Shown here: positions 53,601 through 54,783 of the stretch, piece by piece
How the letters are laid out: every line of letters begins with the position of its first letter
Position numbering within the stretch: the first letter of the stretch is position 1
Assembly (NCBI GenBank): GCA_002315255.1
Contig: DCGM01000106.1
Coordinates: 9,064 to 63,846, forward strand
Direction of reading: 5' to 3'
Source: Lachnospiraceae bacterium UBA1778
Lineage (GTDB): Bacteria > Bacillota > Clostridia > Lachnospirales > Lachnospiraceae
DNA length: 54,783 nucleotides
Made by a program: the position numbers and the translations under genes
Notes under the pieces: generated by a model
Told to the model about the DNA's origin: nothing
Databases searched by the model: none
What the model saw: only the letters and a program-made list of their open reading frames with translations

Positions 53601-54783
53601 GCGTATAGCCTGCCGGCAATGCGCTGATCTGGAGGTCGGCCTTATGCGCCTTTCCGTCATACGTGAACGAACCGCCCGTCACAGTGACGGTGATTTCGCC
53701 CGCGTATTCGTTGACGGTCAGTTTTCCGACTGTGACATCCGATTCGATATCATAGTTCGAAGCCTTCGCCGTCTGATCGAACGTAACGGTGTATGTGTTG
53801 TCCGAATTTCCGACAGCCGTCTGAGAGCCGGTAACTGTGAAGGTCAGCTTTTCATTGTTCTGAAGTCCGGTGATACGGCCGTCCGCGGTGAGCGGATCGC
53901 CGTCATAGGTCTTCGTCGAAGCATCCGTGACAATCGTGAGAACCTTCTTCGCAACGGTGAATTCGACAGATGCGGTGCCGGTGTAGTTGCCGGTGCCTTC
54001 AATCGTCAGCGTGTACTTGCCTGCGTCTAAACCGAGGTCGGAGCTCTTCTCTTCTGCTCCGGTGCCGACAGTCTTCACGGTATAATCCGTGCCTTCCTCA
54101 AGCTTCACCGGAACTCCGGCTTTCTCGAAGAGTGCAAGTTCAATCGTCTGCTTCTGAGAAAGACCGGTATAGGTTAAGGATTTTGTGAGCGTGAGCGTCT
54201 GTCCGTCAATCGAAGCCGGCTTGATCTTCCAGTTGAGTTCGGTGTTCGTCGGAAGCTTGTAGTTCGCTTTCTTTTCGCCGTTCAATCCGGTTACAGTCGC
54301 TTTGTAGGTGCCTGCCGCGGTCTGCTTGTCGCCGGTCACGACCAATGTGATCGTGTCGCCGTCGCAGATGCCGGTAAGCGTCGGAGTGACGTTCAGCTCT
54401 TTCGTGTTATAGGTCGGTTCCGTCGCGGTCGGCCAGGTGACCGTTACGGTCTTCTGTTCGATCGTGTAATCGACGGTCCTTGATTCTTTGTAGTTTCCGA
54501 TACCGTAAATCGTAATCGTCTTCGTGCCGGCTGTCGTGCAGTCGGTCGGATACGTCACCGTATAATCGGTATCAAGTTTCAGGACGGTATCGCCATCCTT
54601 CACCGTAAGAACCGGCTTATAGGCCGTATTCGAATAGGTGACCGGGGTGATCGCTTCGACCGTAACGGTCGAGTCGCTGATCGCCTTTTCGCCGATCGTC
54701 CAATCCTGCGAGAGGCCGGTGGACGGAAGGACATAGTTCTTAATGGAGGTACCGGTGATGCCGGTGACTTGTGCGGTGTAAGA
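50638..54783 (-). CDS. MBG/YDG-type repeat surface protein with a C-terminal TM anchor; 5' end beyond the right window edge (more than 1,381 aa)
   Basis: The ORF-track 'start' at 54603 is an internal GTG. The frame stays open for the 60 codons up to base 54783 (SYTAQVTGITGTSIKNYVLPSTGLSQDWTIGEKAISDSTVTVEAITPVTYSNTAYKPVLT), and these continue the repeat pattern.
- Reiterated ~80-90-aa units: ...K(T/V)YDG.PLT..G.I.GL.NGE...F..TGSQT..G...N.Y...
- Also ...L.YNGK.Q.PT........G.YTA...
- C-terminus FPWWILIVLAVIILLTVILIIV + KKKKDKEKKAEEEKK (TM plus basic tail, no LPXTG). Confidence 0.85.
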   Translation of the reverse strand, partial: SYTAQVTGITGTSIKNYVLPSTGLSQDWTIGEKAISDSTVTVEAITPVTYSNTAYKPVLTVKDGDTVLKLDTDYTVTYPTDCTTAGTKTITIYGIGNYKESRTVDYTIEQKTVTVTWPTATEPTYNTKELNVTPTLTGICDGDTITLVVTGDKQTAAGTYKATVTGLNGEKKANYKLPTNTELNWKIKPASIDGQTLTLTKSLTYTGLSQKQTIELALFEKAGVPVKLEEGTDYTVKTVGTGAEEKSSDLGLDAGKYTLTIEGTGNYTGTASVEFTVAKKVLTIVTDASTKTYDGDPLTADGRITGLQNNEKLTFTVTGSQTAVGNSDNTYTVTFDQTAKASNYDIESDVTVGKLTVNEYAGEITVTVTGGSFTYDGKAHKADLQISALPAGYTLITMESNTSVTHVADGTKTAKVDTLVIKNKQGIDVTDKLNITKGSASISVTKATLTVNMPSSSKTYDGDPLTSEGSISGFVNGETATFKTTGSQTATGSSKNTYSITWDKTAASTDYTINETVGTLSVSENTSEITITVNGGTYTYDGQAHGATVDVSTLPTGYTLIKATASATVTHVSDGTKTAKCDTLIIRNKQGIDVTDNLNLKFNDSTIKIAPRTITVNWKNLELTYNGKPQLPTAEIGNAVTGENLSLTVSGEKTDANATGENYTATAAAEVKRDGVVTTDYVFEATAGTTPFTIKPATITIVTPDDEKTYDGTPLTKEGKINGLQNGETVSFETTGTITAFGTAENTYTLAFDKTAKSSNYTIGTVTVGTLSIKKKSVDDITVNFSGDIIYDGAPHKQTIDSVTVVSNGKTLTLVEGTDYELVISEETDAGTYTLTINGIGNFSGTVVKNWTISPKVLEIAWGAAEFSYNGKAQIPTFEFTNLCGTDECAYTLTGEGIHAGSYTAALTAVENSNYALPEDETVSLDFVIRPIPLQVSTESATRVYDGTALTAGGKIIGLLSGEKAHLEITGTQTDAGESKNSGRLVFDHALASDYTVTTAFGTLTVLPKDLKDVEVILKDTLTYNGEEQTEGILSVKAKENGNELLLQGGTDYTVTGNKGTSADTYQMTLTGTGNYTGTKTVSWKIGIAKNEIFSVTIEGWTTGRYDETINAPHATAIYGTPVFTYGLSGSDELSAELPTEPGVYKVRATVPATNDYSEFYAECIFVIRPVELWRGEKDAEEYAEGSDGYWGDVYNELGLPYGGKLIIDPADPDFFGCFAIYRDIRDTGDGYRYYGSSVSSLKGKYGDELKPLLTWRSIMETYDIGFLVDNVWITEFNGVYTVKILLPENLRFATNLQMVYIDKDNRIEFFDTTREGNYVVFKTDHFSNFVLLGVTFPWWILIVLAVIILLTVILIIVKKKKDKEKKAEEEKKAALAAETK

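Noticed and set aside
53071-54030. 319-aa + strand ORF antisense to the MBG-repeat gene (also 52396..52845)
   Set aside because: It has the Arg-rich antisense-frame composition, and its repeats merely mirror the sense-strand protein repeats. There are no start signals.
1-54783. Mobile elements, tRNA/rRNA genes, prophage or integron features
   Set aside because: No transposase-, integrase- or recombinase-like ORF is present. I saw no long terminal inverted repeats and no cloverleaf- or rRNA-like segments in the short intergenic regions.

Overview
This 54.8-kb window has 17 supportable CDS, all on the minus strand, and two of them are cut by the window edges. I saw no rRNA, tRNA, CRISPR array, transposase or integrase. 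Expression signals look Firmicutes/Clostridia-like: GGAGG-type RBS, ATGA start/stop overlaps, and some GTG/TTG starts.

One uninterrupted 31,287-nt ORF (945..32231) fills 57% of the window. It encodes a 10,428-aa secreted giant surface protein with this layout:
- a Sec signal peptide;
- GLUG-motif modules;
- dozens of Ig-like modules, punctuated ten times by a conserved hydrophobic LNALTGGLFFN-type peptide;
- an acidic linker;
- a second GLUG-type 'head';
- no recognisable cell anchor.

Directly upstream (32.3-47.6 kb) is the part I consider a candidate undescribed system. It contains three SipW/Sec11-type (S26B) signal-peptidase paralogues, one of them fused to a substrate-like domain. It also contains seven ORFs or domains with SipW-cognate-like signal peptides, falling into two TasA/camelysin-like families; one of these is a membrane-anchored variant. 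Embedded among them, and overlapping the next peptidase gene by 20 nt, is a membrane-anchored McrB-family AAA+ protein paired with an apparently nuclease-less McrC/DUF2357-like coiled-coil partner.

The cluster is flanked by:
- an HD-GYP + degenerate-EAL protein;
- a K/E-rich tail-anchored membrane protein;
- a small hypothetical gene;
- an MBG-repeat surface protein with a C-terminal TM anchor;
- the start of a CHASE2-like sensor.

Non-coding signals include one strong intrinsic terminator after the putative major-subunit gene, a long 5' leader hairpin behind a TATAAT box, a phased array of about six 22-bp GGACATTTCC-type repeats, and a duplicated 23-nt hairpin module.

Functional calls come from motif reading only. 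No searches were run.
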